Below are positions 1 through 12,437 of a stretch of DNA of 64,000 bases, in pieces. The number at the start of each line of letters is the position of its first letter. Position 1 is the first letter of the stretch. The DNA comes from Mobula hypostoma (lineage: Eukaryota): the NCBI RefSeq assembly GCF_963921235.1, contig NC_086118.1, positions 23,748,001 to 23,812,000 of the forward strand, given 5' to 3'. The notes under the pieces are model-generated. The model saw only the letters and a program-made list of their open reading frames with translations, had not been told where the DNA came from and made no database searches. The position numbers and the translations under genes were made by a program.

Positions 1-79
1 TCAAAGAAAATTAATTAGCAAAGTACATATATGTCATCATATACAACTCTGAGATTCATTATCTTGTGGGTATACAATA

Positions 80-173
80 TGTTATGATATACATGTACAT
101 ACACTCGTGAGCAGAATATTAAAGTTGGTGCACATGCGCCATTGTTTTCATTTGAAATATCTGTCTCGAAACT
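80..173 (+). repeat. 5' LTR (94 bp)
   Basis: TGTTATGATATAC...CTGTCTCGAAAC aligns without gaps to 4715-4808; 17 mismatches by hand count, mostly transitions. Confidence 0.92.
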
Positions 174-188
174 TGGTGGCAGCGTGGG
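174..188 (+). other. Primer-binding site, tRNA-Leu type
   Basis: TGGTGGCAGCG-TGGG immediately after the 5' LTR is complementary to the 3' end of vertebrate tRNA-Leu (..CCCACCGCUGCCACCA). Confidence 0.8.
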
Positions 189-301
189 GCATGGAAAATT
201 GCTTTTTTCAACCACAGCACCCGATTTTTTTCAACTTGTAGTTGGCAGCATAATAATAGCGCAACTCTGAAACATCGGAGGGTGAGTGTAACAGTAGAAA
301 A

Positions 302-3300
302 ATGTCGACCAAGATGAGCAACCAGCCACAAATAGAGACAGGTGCAGTAGCAATGCCAGGAGGTGAGACAGCAGAATCTCAGCGGCACCCAGCACCTGCG
401 GGTGACCCCGTGCCGGGGAACCATGATCGGGGCAGAAGTCCTCCCCCAGTCAGTGGCATCCGCCCACCACCGGCCGTGATGGTCAAACGCGGAGTGATAG
501 ACGGATGGAAGACATGGTGGCAGATGTGGACTAACTACAGCGTCGTAGCACAACTGCATAAACAAGTTCCAGCATACCAGACGGCATTATTTTTACAGAC
601 AATTGGACTGTCTGCACTTGAGATCTGCAACAGTTTTGTGTTCGCAGATGAGGCTGAAGGCCAAGACCTCACAAAGATTTTAGCTGCATTTGACAGATAT
701 GCTCTCGGTGAGAAAAATGAGACATATGAACGGTACTTGTTCAACAAGCGGCAACAAGAACAAGGAGAGACCTTTGAATCGTTTCTCGCCAGCCTTAGAT
801 CTCTTGCAAAGACATGTAATTTTTGCTCGTGTATGTCAGACAGTCTGCTGAGAGACAAGATCGTACTGGGCATTAACAACTCCAAAGCAGAAAACGTCTG
901 TTACAAGAGAGAAAGCTATCGCTCAATGCCTGCACTGACATCTGTAAAAGCACAGAAATGGCAGACTCACACCTGCAAGCATTCAGTACAGCTGCAGACA
1001 GCAGGTCCGCTACTGACCATGGGATCAAACCTCGCACTAACAAGAAAGGTTCAAAGCATCCTGGACAGAAGACTAGTGCTAGTGGTGGAGCCAGTGCAGA
1101 AGGCACCTTGCAGGTACTGTGGCACGGAACATGCAAGAGACAAGCAACAATGCCCAGCATACAGACAGGTGTGCAAGGCGTGTGGCATTCGAAATCACTT
1201 TGCAAAGGTATGCAAGCAGAAGCCCGTGCATGGGGTGGAAGCACAAAGCGATGGCCAAACCGACAGTGACAGCAGCACCGAGTTTATTGACAACGTCATA
1301 CTGGTGGTCAACAGTTTGAGGATAAAGGATGACGTATTTGCACAGATGCTCATCAATGGAAAGACAATAGACTTCCAAGTTGACAACGGGGCGAGCATTA
1401 ATATTTTACCCCGCAAATACTTGGAGGGAGTAGACCACACACTAAAACAATGCACAAAAATGCTTATGATGTGGAACAAGACCACCACGGATGCAGAAGG
1501 GATGTGCAGAGCAAAATTGCGTAACCCCACGTCGAACCAAAGTATGCTGTCGAATTTGTCATGGTCACTGACGACTTTACACCATTGCTGGGAAGCGGGG
1601 CCAACCAACTTTTGCAGGGTGCATGCACCTACACTTAAAGAAAAACAATGCACACCAGAAGAACGCTATGCAGAGGTGTTCGATGATATGCTCGGGGAGC
1701 TTCCGGGTGCAGCCCACCTGCAGATTTATGGGGAAGTTCAACCCACAGTGTTACCCCCATGATGTCTACCTCACGCTATGAAGCAGAAATTGAAAGCTGA
1801 GCTTGATCAACTGGTAGATCGCAAGGTGATAGCTCCAGTCCATGAACCTACAAGGTTGGTTAGCCAGTTAGTGGTCGCAGAGAAGAAGAACGGCAATCTT
1901 CGTATATGCATTGACCCTCGACCATTGAACAAATTGCTGAGGAGAGAACACTACCCCCTTCGGGTGACAGAGGACATTTTGCCAGATCTTCACCAGGCTA
2001 AGGTTTTGAGCAAGCTTGCAAAGACATGTAATTTGCATTTCTGCATTCTGGCAAGTGAAATTGGACAGTGAAGCAAGCGTGCTCACCACGTTCAACACGC
2101 CTTTCGGGTGGTATAGATGGCTCAGACTCCTGTTTGGAACCAGCGTTTCATCAGAGATCTTCCAGCACAGGCTGCATCAGGGAGTGATCTGAATCACAGA
2201 CGACATTCTGGTGTACAGAAAAGGGGAAACGCAAGAACAGACAATCGCCGATCATGATGTGAAACTTGAGCAGCTATTACAGTGTTGTGCAGGGCAGCAT
2301 ATCAGGCTCAACAAGAACAAGTCTGTTTTCAGAGCGACAGAGAATACCCTTCTTGGGGCATCTCATCACAAGTGAGGGATTTCAGCCTGATCCTAAAAAG
2401 GTCGCTGACCTTCTCAACATGCCAGCACCCATGGATATGCAGGGAGTGCAGCGATTGATCGGATTTGTCAACTACCTGAGCTGTTTTCTACCAAGTCTCT
2501 CAGATACCCTTGAGCCAGTAAGACAGCTGACAAAGCCAGATGTAGCATGGGAGTGGTCAGCTGAGCAGCAAAGCGCCCTCTCCTAGATCAAGTGGATGGT
2601 ATCCGAAGCACCGGTGTTAGCATACTACTATTCTAAGGAAGAGCTAACCATCCAGTCTGACACCAGCAACAAAGGCCTAGGGGCAGCACTCCTCCAGAAT
2701 GGACGTCCGATCGCATATGCAAGCAGAGCGCTGATGGACACAGAAACGCGTTATGCAGCGATCGAAAAGGAAATGTTCGCAATCGTTCTCGCACTTGAGC
2801 GTTTTCATCAATACACTTTTGGCCGCTTCACAAGAGTACTCAGCGATCACAAGCCACTCGAAATGATAGTTAAGAAGCCGTTGGTGAAGGCACCAAAGCA
2901 CCGACAGGGAATGCTTCTTCACCTGCAGAGCTACAACTTCGACATCACCTGTCAAAGAAAGCTCATGCACCTCGCGGATACGCTATCGCGAGCAGTTAGC
3001 GGTACTCCAGGTCAACATGCTATCGCATCTGCCAATCCGTGATGAGCGTCTAGAGCAGATTCACATTGAAACAGCGAAAGGTGACACACTACAGATGCTG
3101 AAACGCATTATCATCAGTGGATGGCCGAGCGAACGTGACGCGCTACCAGAGCAACTCACACCTTACTATAGCTATAGGGATGAGCTCGCAGTCCAAGATG
3201 GCTTAATCTTCAAAGGTGAGCATGTCATCATACCGTAAAGTGAGTGAAAGCAAGTGAAGGAAAGAATTCATTTGTCACATTTGGGCATAGAAAGGTGCCT

Positions 3301-4380
3301 CAGATGTGCACGCAAATGTCTTTTTTGGCCAGGTATGAGCAGCGACATTAAGCAATATATTGTTACATATGATCGTTTGCCGCACATGGGAGATGAGTCA
3401 GCAGAAAGAATCACTTATGAGTCATGAGGTACCTGCTCGGCCATGGGAAAAGATAGGTACCGACCTGTTTACATTCGAAGGAAAAGAGTATGTCGTCACC
3501 GTTGATTACTATAACAATTTCTTCGAGGTAGATCTTCTTTGCGATACGATCAGCGCAGCCGTTATTCGCAAATTGAAGGCTCATTTTGCGAGATATGGTA
3601 GCCCAACACAAGTGGTTAGTGATAATGGGCCACAATACACGTCAGCGGATTTTCGCAGATTTGCACGGGAATGGGATTTTGAGCACTTGTGTAGCAGCCC
3701 CAGAAATAGCAGAGCGAATGGAAAAGCTGACTCAGCAGTTAAAACAGCTAAGTGGATCCTCACAAAGAGCAACAAATCGCGAGCAGATCCCTACCTCGCA
3801 CATCTAGACCATCCCAACAGACCTTCGCAAGGGTTCAGTACGAGTCCTGCCTACAACAGCGAGTTTACTGGGACCCTGAGTTGTACGCGAACGCGGGCGT
3901 ATGAAACAACATATCCAGTGGCAGGCCGACAATTACAACAAATCAGCCAAAGATCTTGCCCCACACGATGAAGGTAATACTGTGTGCATGCAACTCCTGG
4001 TGCAAGGTAAAAAGAATTGGGAGAAAGCAATTGTCTGTCGGCGCCTTGATCAGCGTTCATATGTAGTTCAAACCCGTTCTGGGATCTACCGATGTAATCA
4101 CACACATCTATGAAAGACGGCGGAGGAACCCCCTGAAAAGCTAATCACATATGAACAGGCAAAACCAGGTCAAACAACTGAGATCGATGACCACAGTGCG
4201 CCGGCCTCATCAAATGCACACAGCCAAACACTAGCAGAGGCTAATGACACAACACAAACACTAACACAAACGTTGAAACATGCAAATAATAAACAACAGG
4301 ACTCAGAAAAAACAGTAGAAACTCATTCTGGCCGCACAGTGAAAAGGCCACAATGTCTAGAAGACCTTGTCCCACATTGA
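302..4380 (+). pseudogene. gag-pol: Frameshifted gag-pol polyprotein
   Basis: Zinc knuckles CRYCGTEH..C and CKACGIRNHFAKVC; protease FQVDNGASINIL; RT LRICIDPRPLN and ITDDILV; RNase H IQSDTSNKGLGAALLQ; integrase DLF, VSDNGPQY, NGKAD; several stops and frameshifts. Confidence 0.93.
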
Positions 4381-4703
4381 ATAATGGCATGAACAATTGA
4401 ACAATAAGTCTGTGACACTATTTGGCGTTTTAATGTCATGTTTATACTCAAAAACGGACCATGTCCTATTTGAGGTTGTGTAGTTTGTAGTTTGAAGTTA
4501 AAGTCGTATTTTAGTATGTTTTATATTTTGTATATATGCTCATACAAACGGAAATAATGAGTGGTATGTATTTGTGACAGGCATAAGAGACATAAAGCAT
4601 GATTAATGAATCCTTTGAAAGTTAATTCCATGAAAATACACTGGAAAGCAGACTTCAGAGAAATTGAGTTTAATTGTTAATACAATTGTTCCTTTGTTTT
4701 GAT

Positions 4704-4714
4704 AAAAAGGAGGA
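4704..4714 (+). other. Polypurine tract
   Basis: AAAAAGGAGGA directly abutting the 3' LTR. Confidence 0.85.
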
Positions 4715-4808
4715 TGTTATGATATACTTGTGCATGCACTTGCAAGCAGACGATTAAAGTTGGTGCGCATACACCGTTGTCTCTATCTGAAATATCTGTC
4801 TCGAAACA
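4715..4808 (+). repeat. 3' LTR (94 bp)
   Basis: TG...CA termini, follows PPT, followed by TSD CAATA. Confidence 0.92.
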
Positions 4809-4813
4809 CAATA

Positions 4814-5798
4814 AATCCATGATGGAATAATGACCATAATAGAATCAACGAGAAACCACACCAACAAGGTGTTCAACCAGTGTGCAAATACAAAAAGAAA
4901 GGAATAATAAATAAACAAATAAATAAATAAATATCGAGAACATCAGATGAAGAGTTATTGACAGTGAGTCCATAGGTGGTGGGAACATTTCGTTGATGGG
5001 GAAAGTGAAGTTGAGTAGTTATCCCTTTTGGTTAAAGAGCCTAATAGTGGAGGGGTAATAACTGTTCCCAAACCTAGTGGCGTGAGTTCTGAGACTCTTG
5101 TACCTTCTTTCTGTTGACATGAAGAGAGAAGAGAGCATGTCCTGAGTGGTGGAGGTCCCTGATAATGGATGCTGCTTTCCTGTATGACAACCCTCTGTGT
5201 AGATGTGTTAAATGGTGGGGAGGGCTTTACCTGTGATGTGATGGGCCGTATCCACTACTTTTCGTAATAATTTTCATTCAAGGGCATTGGGTTTCCATAC
5301 CAGCCTGCGATGCAACCAGTCAATATACTTTCCACCACACATCTATAAAAATTTGTCAAAGTTTTCGATGTCATGCCGAATCTTCATAAACTCCTAAGAA
5401 GAGGAATTGTTGTGCTTTCTTCGTAACTGCATTTATGTCCTGGGCCAAGGACAGTTCCTCTGAAATAATAACACCATAGAACTTAAAGTTGATGACCCTC
5501 TCCACCTCTGGTCCTCTGTTGAGGACTGGCTCATGAATCTCTGATTTCCTCCTCCTGAAGTCAATAATCAGCTCCTTGGCCTTGCTGACATTGAGAAAGA
5601 GGTTGTTGTTGTGGCAACACTCAGCCAGATTTTCAGTCTCCCTCCGACATGCTGGAATAGTTATTCCCTTCAATTTGGCCTATGACAGTGATGTTGTCAG
5701 CAAACTTGAATATGGCGTTGGAGCTGTGCTTAGCCACCCAGTCATGTGCAAAGTGCATATAACAGGAGGCTAAGCACGCAGCCTTGTAGTTCACCTTG
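4814..5798 (-). mobile_element. Rex1/Babar-like LINE 3' fragment; its tail continues at 1-74, split by the Gypsy insertion
   Basis: RT remnants QGCVLS.LL and LNVSKAKELIIDFRR; tail sequence AAAGTACATATATGTCA..ATACAAC..TGAGATTCATT recurs at 37140 and 38270. Confidence 0.8.
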
Positions 5799-7546
5799 TG
5801 TTATTACGTATGTACATAATAAAAAACTTCGGTTCCCAGTATGCAATGCGGAATCGGAGGTGATGTTGATGAATGGGGAATGGGCGCTAAAGTGAAAGTG
5901 AAAGCCATTATTGTTAATATATGTGCTAACACATGCAAACTCACACAAAGTTTGTCTTTTATCAAAAACAAATTTTACCTAGTGTCAGAGTCAGCGTGAG
6001 GTTTAAGTACGAATCGTAACTGAATACTGCCAGTGATCAAGAAAGGGATGCTCGCTTCTGATGAAGACAAGCTGCTGGCAAGAGAGCATGCAGTCTCAAA
6101 GTTCACCAAGAAATTGAGGTCACAGCCTAAAAATCCCTTCAAAGGATAAGCTAAGTCGTCCCGCAACTATGCAGCTTACCAGCAATCTAGTTGATAATTG
6201 GAAACACTTCCAACAGTGATTCAATATATATTTAGCGGCGAGTAGAGCTGGTGGCATGTTTGAAAAATTGAAAGCATCTACCTTTCTACCGATAATTGGT
6301 GAAGAAGTTTTGGACATCTACAACAGCTTTCAAATTGATAAGATTGACTTTAAGTTGGACATCCTGACGACAAAGTTTGAGAAGCATTTTGTCCTAAGTA
6401 AAAAAATACACATTAGAAAGTTATAAGTTATTTTCCAGTGAACAGAAACAAGCTGTTAGTTTTGACCAATACTTAGCTGAGCTTTATAAACTGTGTGTGT
6501 CCTGTGAATCTGTAGATTTGAGAGACTCACTAGTCAGAGACAAAATAGTTTGTGGAATCCCAAATACTGTAATGGGCTCAGAAAAAGATTTCTCTGTTGA
6601 AGAGATCTGACACTAGAAACAGCCTTGAATATGTATAGGGCAGCAGAGACCACACGGACACAAGCTAAGGAGCTGCACAGAGCAGAACAACAGTGCATGC
6701 TGTGAAAACAGATGGGCAGAGCACAAGGCATTTCTCAAAACAACAGTATAGTAAAGAGGTAGGCTAAAACAGTAAATGCAGCAAATATGGAGGTAGGCAC
6801 ATTCCAAAGATGTGTCCTGCTTATGAAAAGTTCTGTAATAATTGTGGGAAGAAGAATCATATTGCAAAGTGCTGCAAAGCAGGGCTACCAAGTGAAAGGT
6901 GCACAAATTTGCTGAGGAAATGAAGGAAATCTTTGTGGATTCTCTCCTGACTGCAGGTGCTGGTGCTGATTGTTCTAGTGGACAATAATCAGTAGTCTCA
7001 TTCAAGATAGACACTGGAGCCCAGGTGAATCTGTTGTCCATGGATCATTACAAGACTCTCAAAGTAAAAAGCAAGATGGACTCAGTGAAATTATAAATGA
7101 CTGCTATGTTGGAGAGAACATTGCAGGATGTATAGTGACCTTCAAGCACAAGGGGCAGCACCTAAAAGCACAGCTACTGGTTGTGAAAAAGAGAGCTCTG
7201 CCGATATTAGGTCTGAGTGCTTGTAAAAAGCTCAACCTATTGACAAGAGTTTTCATAGTGGCTTCACAGTACAAAAATAACCACACTTCACTCATCTAAG
7301 AGCACACTGATGTCTTTGGGGGACTTAGATGCTTACCTGGTGTACACAAAATTCATATTGATGAGTCAGTAGCTCCTGTTGTCCATGCATGCTGGTAAGT
7401 TCCATCTGCATTTAGAGACAAACTCGAACAATAACTAGCATGCATGGAACAGATAAATATCAGAAAATTAAAGAACCAACAGATTGGGTGAGCTCACTGG
7501 TTATTGTGCAAAAGAAAAATGGAGTACCTAGACCCAAAAGATCTCA
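5799..7546 (+). mobile_element. Second Gypsy remnant (putative LTR, PBS, gag, protease, start of RT), 3'-truncated
   Basis: PBS-like TAGTGTCAGAG near 5980; decayed gag (NLVDNWKHFQQ, SLVRDKIVCGI), knuckle, protease FKIDTGAQVNLL near 7000, RT start EPTDWVSSLVIVQKKNG near 7480. Confidence 0.8.
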
Positions 7547-8876
7547 ATAGAATTTAGAATATATTTAAGTCTTACATCCATGTCACAACCTGAGGGAAAA
7601 AAACTCTTTGCGTTATGACTCCATTGCGAGGTACAGACATGTGAATTTAGAAGTTTCATGGCTTGTAGAAAGAAGCTGTCCCATAGCCTGTTGGCCGTGG
7701 CTTTAATGCCGTGGTAGCCTTTGCCAGATAGAAGCAGCTGAAACAGTTTATGGTTGGGGTGACTGGTGTCCCCGATGCTCTTCCAGGTCTTCTTCCTGCA
7801 CCTACTGCTAATAATGTCCTCAATGGAGGGAAGTTCACATTCAGAGATGCGCTGGGCTGTCTGTACCACCCTCTGAAGTGCCCACCGATCAAGGTTGGTG
7901 AGTTCCTGTACCTGGTGGTGATACAACCAGTCAGTATGCTCTTAATGGTGCCCCTGTCGAAGGTCTTGAGGATTTGGGGACCCATGCTGAACTTATTAGG
8001 CACCTGAGGTGCAAGAGATGCTGTTGTGCTTTTTGCTACAAAGCAGTGCGTAAAGTCCAAGTGAGATCATCGGTGATGTGTATGCTGAGAAACTTGAAAC
8101 TACTCACCTACTCAACTGCCGACCCTTTGGTGTTGATCAGGCCAACCCTGTCTCTGTTCCTCCTGTAATTCACAATGAGCTCTTTTGTTTTTTGGACATC
8201 GAGGGAGAGGTTGTTATCTTGGCACCACTGTGTCAGGGTGTCAACCTCTCCTCTGTAGGTTGTCTTATTACTGCTAGAAGTCGTGTCATCTGTGAATTTA
8301 ATCAGCAAATTGGAGCTGTGTGTGGCAGTACAGTCGTGGGTGTAAAGAGAGTAGAGAAGTGGACTCAGAACACAACCCTGGTGGGCACCTGCGTTGAGAG
8401 TCAGAGAGGCAGAGGTGAGGAAGCCCGTCCTTACCACCTGTCAGTGATCAGATTGGACATCTAGGATCCAGCTGCACAAAGTGGGATGCAGGTCGAGGTC
8501 TCTGAGCTCCCTGTCAAGTCTGGAGGGAATTATGGTGTTGAATGCTGATCTGTAGTCCAGGAGCAGCATTCTAATGTATGCATCCCTCTTCTCCAGGTGA
8601 GTGAGGACCCAGGACAGTTAAGCACAGAGCCTTGTGGTGCAGCTGTGCTGAGGGAGGTTATAGAAGAGATAATGTCACCAATACAAACTGTCTGGGGTCT
8701 GCAAGTGAAGAAATCGAGGATCCAGTTGCACAAGGAGGTATTGAGGCCAAGGTCTTGAAGCTTATTGATTTGCTTTGACGGGATGATAGTATTGAATGCA
8801 AGCTGTAGTCAACAAAGAGCACCCTGATGCATGGATCTTCACTATCCATATATTCCAGGATTGAGTGAAGAGTCAA
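7547..8876 (-). mobile_element. Rex1/Babar-like LINE fragments (two joined pieces)
   Basis: [45 protein letters not shown]. Confidence 0.85.
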
Positions 8877-9718
8877 TCAAAACATTGGTTGCAATGAAAT
8901 GTTCTGTAAATATTTCTCCATAAATATTGTTCATTAGACAATTAAAAGATCATACACTGTCACAAAGGAAATATATTTACCAATATTTCAACTTTAACAA
9001 ACCATTAACAGAAAAATAAAAGGGCCCATTACAGGTATACCAGGCCAATGTGCACATAAACGTTGGAGCTTATTTCTGGAGTAGTCGGGTGTATCGCTTT
9101 ACTCACACACTGAACCCACATTGTGCATGATGTTCACCAGCCACAGTTCAAATTACCCTTGAAGACCATTTCGAACAAATTGGCTAATTCAGGAGTATTG
9201 ACACTTCCTCCTTAGAGTCATTCATCTGCACAAAGCACTTCTTACAATGGGGTCTCTCTTTTGAATGGCAGTCTGTGGCATCTTCCCTTGTGCCTTGCCC
9301 CACAGCTCCTGCCAAAAGACCCCAAACCAGACTACTGTCCTTCAGAAATCTCATCGCCCCCTGCCCCCCATGCATCCCACGGTGCAGAAAGTTACAATAC
9401 GTACCAGGACAATCCTGACTGGCTGACACAATATTCCTAAGTAAGACCACATGTCTCCTTATCTTTAGCCAAAGGCATAACAATCTATGTTCCGTGCCTA
9501 TTCTGGTATCTGTCCCTCACTTTTCCTTCGCTACATCGACGACTGCATTGGCGCTGCTTCCTGCACGCATGTAGAACTCGTTGACTTTATTAACTTTGCC
9601 TCCAACTTTCACCCTGCCCTCAAGTTTACCTGGTCCATTTCCGACACCTCCCTCCCCTTTTTAGATCTTTCTGTCTCTGTCTCTGGAGACAGCTTATCCA
9701 CTGATGTCTACTATAAGC

Positions 9719-9750
9719 CTGACGAAGGGTCTCGGCCTGAAACGTCGACT
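9719..9750 (+). ncRNA. Minimal hammerhead ribozyme core; 5' strand of helix I lost
   Basis: CTGACGA-AGGGTCTCGGCCT-GAAAC-GTC-GACT. Confidence 0.65.
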
Positions 9751-9850
9751 GCACCTCTTCCTATAGATGCTGCCTGGCCTGCTGCATTCACCAGCAACTT
9801 TGATGTATGTTGCTTGAATTTCCAGCATCTGCAGAATTCCTGTTGTTTGC
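9721..9850 (+). mobile_element. Penelope tail fragment inserted in the Penelope RT
   Basis: Matches tails at 11030-11122 and 12479-12605; flanked by 14-bp direct repeat TCTACTATAAGCCT (9707-9720, 9851-9864). Confidence 0.92.
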
Positions 9851-11022
9851 TCTACTATAAGCCTACTGACTCTCACAGCTATCTGGACTATTCCTCTTCT
9901 CACCCTGTCTCTTGCAAAAACGCCATCCCCTTCTCGCAATTCCTCCATCTCTGCCGCATCTGCTCTCAGGATGAGGCTTTTCATTCTAGGATGAGGGAGA
10001 TATCTTCCTTTTTTAAAGAAAGGGGCTTCCCTTCCTCCACTATCAACTCTGCTCTTAAACGCATCTCCCCCATTTCACGTACATCTGCTCTCACTCCATC
10101 CTCCCACCACCCCACTAGGAATAGGGTTCCCCTGGTCCTCACCTACCACCCCACCAGCCTTCGGGTCCAAAATATTATTCTCCGTAACTTCCGCCACCTC
10201 CAACGGGATCCCACCACTAAGCATATCTTTCCCTCCCCCCCTCTCTCTGCATTCTGCAGGGATCGCTCCCTACACAACTCCCTTGTCCATTCGTGTCCCC
10301 CCATCCCTCCCCACTGATCTCCCTCCTGGCACTTATCCGTGTAAGCGGGAACAAGTGCTACACATGCCCTTACACTTCCTCCCTTACCACCATTCAGGGC
10401 CCCAAACAGTCCTTCCAGGTGAGGCATCACTTCACCTGTGAGTCGACTGGGGTGATATACTGCGTCCGGTGCTTCCGATGTGGCCTTTTATATATTGGCG
10501 AGACCCGACGCAGACTGGGAGACCGCTTTGCTGAACATCTACGCTCTGTCCGCCAGAGAAAGCAGGATCTCCCAGTGGCCACACATTTTAATTCCACATC
10601 CCATTCCCATTCTGACATGTCTATCCACGGCCTCCTCTACTGTAAAGATGAAGCCACACTCAGGTTGGAGGAACAACACCTTATATTCCGTCTGGCATGA
10701 ACATCGACTTCTCTAACTTCTGCTAAGGCCCCACCTCCCCCCGCACCCCATCTGTTACTCATTTTTATGCACACATTCTTTCTCTCACTCTCCTTTTTCT
10801 CCCTCTGTCCCTCTGAATATACCTCTTGCCCATCCTCTGGGTCACCCCCCCCCCATCCTTGTCTTTCTTCCCGGACCTCCTGTCCCATGATCCTCTGGTA
10901 TCCCCTTTGCCAATCAGCTGTCCAGCTCTTGGCTCTATCCCCCCCCTCCTGTCTTCTCCTATCATTTTGGATCTCCCCCTCCCCCTCCAACTTTCAAATC
11001 CCTTATTCACTCTTCCTCAGTT

Positions 11023-11059
11023 AGTCCTTGACGAAGGGTCTCGGCCTGAAACGTCGACT
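11023..11059 (+). ncRNA. Minimal hammerhead motif with a 1-nt insertion in the core
   Basis: AGTC-CTTGACGA-AGGGTCTCGGCCT-GAAAC-GTC-GACT. Confidence 0.6.
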
Positions 11060-11122
11060 GTACCTCTTCCTAGAGATGCTGCCTGGCCTGCTGTGTTCCA
11101 CCAGCAACTTTGATGTATGTTG

Positions 11123-11978
11123 TGTTACGAGAATACACATAAAATTAAGATGTTTGCTGGCCTGGGCTAGCATCAGTGGCATCAGCAGTTGGTCTGCCAC
11201 CTGCCCTCAGGGGAAGGAGAGATAAGGAACAATGGAGCAGCGTCTGGAGATGTGTAATGAAGGGATGTGGGAGAGAGAGCTGTCTGGAGCGGCTCCCCCC
11301 TTTGAACCCTGAACTGTTTGAAGTGATGGACAGGCGATACCCCAGCAGGGGGATAAAAAGGGACCGGTTCGCTAAGACAGGACACACACGCCACCCGAGG
11401 TAACGAGACCCTGGAAGCGGTGCGCCTCTCACGAGTGGGTGAGAAGTACCAGACAACGACAAGGGTGGAAAGGTACGATCAGCGGGAACCCGGTGTGTGT
11501 CCGCCCTTGCCTGGGTGCCGGGTTCACTGCAGAGGATCGACCGCATCTGGAGGAGGGGTCACAGTCGGTGACCTCAGGTGACATCACCAAGGACCCGCCC
11601 AAAAGCTGTTTGTGAGCCATCTCGCTGGTCTGTGAGTGAAGCAGTGTTCTGAATGATCAGTTGTTCCTATTCTATCTCTCTCTTCCCCCACGTTGTCCAT
11701 CGCCATGGCAACGATTACTGCGAACTGAACTGGACTGAACTTTGAGTCATTTTGAAATTTGGTCATTTACCCCTAGACAACGATAGAGCTTGATTGATGC
11801 TGTTATCTTAATTCTGTGCACATGTGCGTTTATCATCGTTGAACTGTTGCATTTATTATCCTTTCGATTACTGTGTTGCTCGTTTCTTTAATAAAACTTT
11901 CTTAGTTCTAGTACTCCAGACTCCAACTGAGTGATCCATTTCTGCTGGTTTGGCAACCCAGTTACGGGGTACGTAACA
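11123..11978 (+). mobile_element. Solo LTR (856 bp)
   Basis: Inverted termini TGTTACG...CGTAACA; 4-bp TSD GTTG (11119-11122, 11979-11982); TATA-like GATAAAA near 11352; AATAAA 11890-11895; CpG-rich. Confidence 0.9.
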
Positions 11979-12437
11979 GTTGCATAACACTCTTACTGCT
12001 TTTACAGAAAACTGCTAAAATAAAAGAAACCTCACAGCATAGTAGTGGAAATCTTACCCAAGGCGTTACACATACATTCTCTGATATTACAGTGAATGGA
12101 ACTATTGAACTATTGGACAGTAGCCATTGAGACAGGTTACCATGTTATAATTGAAGCCTGCTTGAAGCAGATTGATACCTCAGACCACCAAAGCAAGAGG
12201 TTAAAGATATCAGTGAACCCTCCAGCCAGTTGATCAACACAGGTTTTCAGTACTTGGCCAGCTACCTGGTCTGGGCAGGATGCTTTCCATTGGTTCACTG
12301 AAAGATGCTCTCAGAGACTGAAACTCACAGGGTCATTGGAGGCTGTGGGAGTTTGTAAAGGTGCTTCCATGTTTTGATGGTCAAAGTGAGCAAAAAGGGG
12401 ATTAAACTGATCTGGGAACAAAGCTTTGTTGTCACCT

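Larger units (their letters stand above)
80..4808 (+). mobile_element. Full-length, decayed Ty3/Gypsy LTR retrotransposon (probably Mag clade)
   Basis: 94-bp direct repeats at 80-173 and 4715-4808; 5-bp TSD CAATA at 75-79 and 4809-4813; PBS and PPT present; domain order gag-PR-RT-RH-IN. Confidence 0.95.
9487..10726 (+). pseudogene. Penelope RT/GIY-YIG ORF remnant
   Basis: ORFs 9487-10317 and 10293-10700 joined by a frameshift; short deletion near 10695 relative to sister copies. Confidence 0.9.
9483..11122 (+). mobile_element. 5'-truncated Penelope-like element (RT, GIY-YIG endonuclease, pLTR tail)
   Basis: RT LRYIDDC, LKFT, LPFLDL, YYKPTDSHSYL; GIY-YIG GVIYCVRC..CGLLYIGETRRRLGDRFAEH; candidate TSD GCATAACA at 9475-9482 and 11982-11989. 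Confidence 0.95.
8958..12070 (-). mobile_element. Probable solo LTR (8958-9482 plus 11990-12070) split by the Penelope insertion
   Basis: TGTCAC...GTTACA termini; local similarity to LTR-like 60990-61499 (AGCTCCAAC..GTGCACA..GCC.TTTTATTT); TSD ambiguous. Confidence 0.45.

Noticed and set aside
302..1762. 486-aa ORF as an intact or domesticated gene
   Set aside because: It drifts out of the gag-pol frame (about 880-1100 and after 1540) and the rest of pol has stops; it is a decayed retrotransposon
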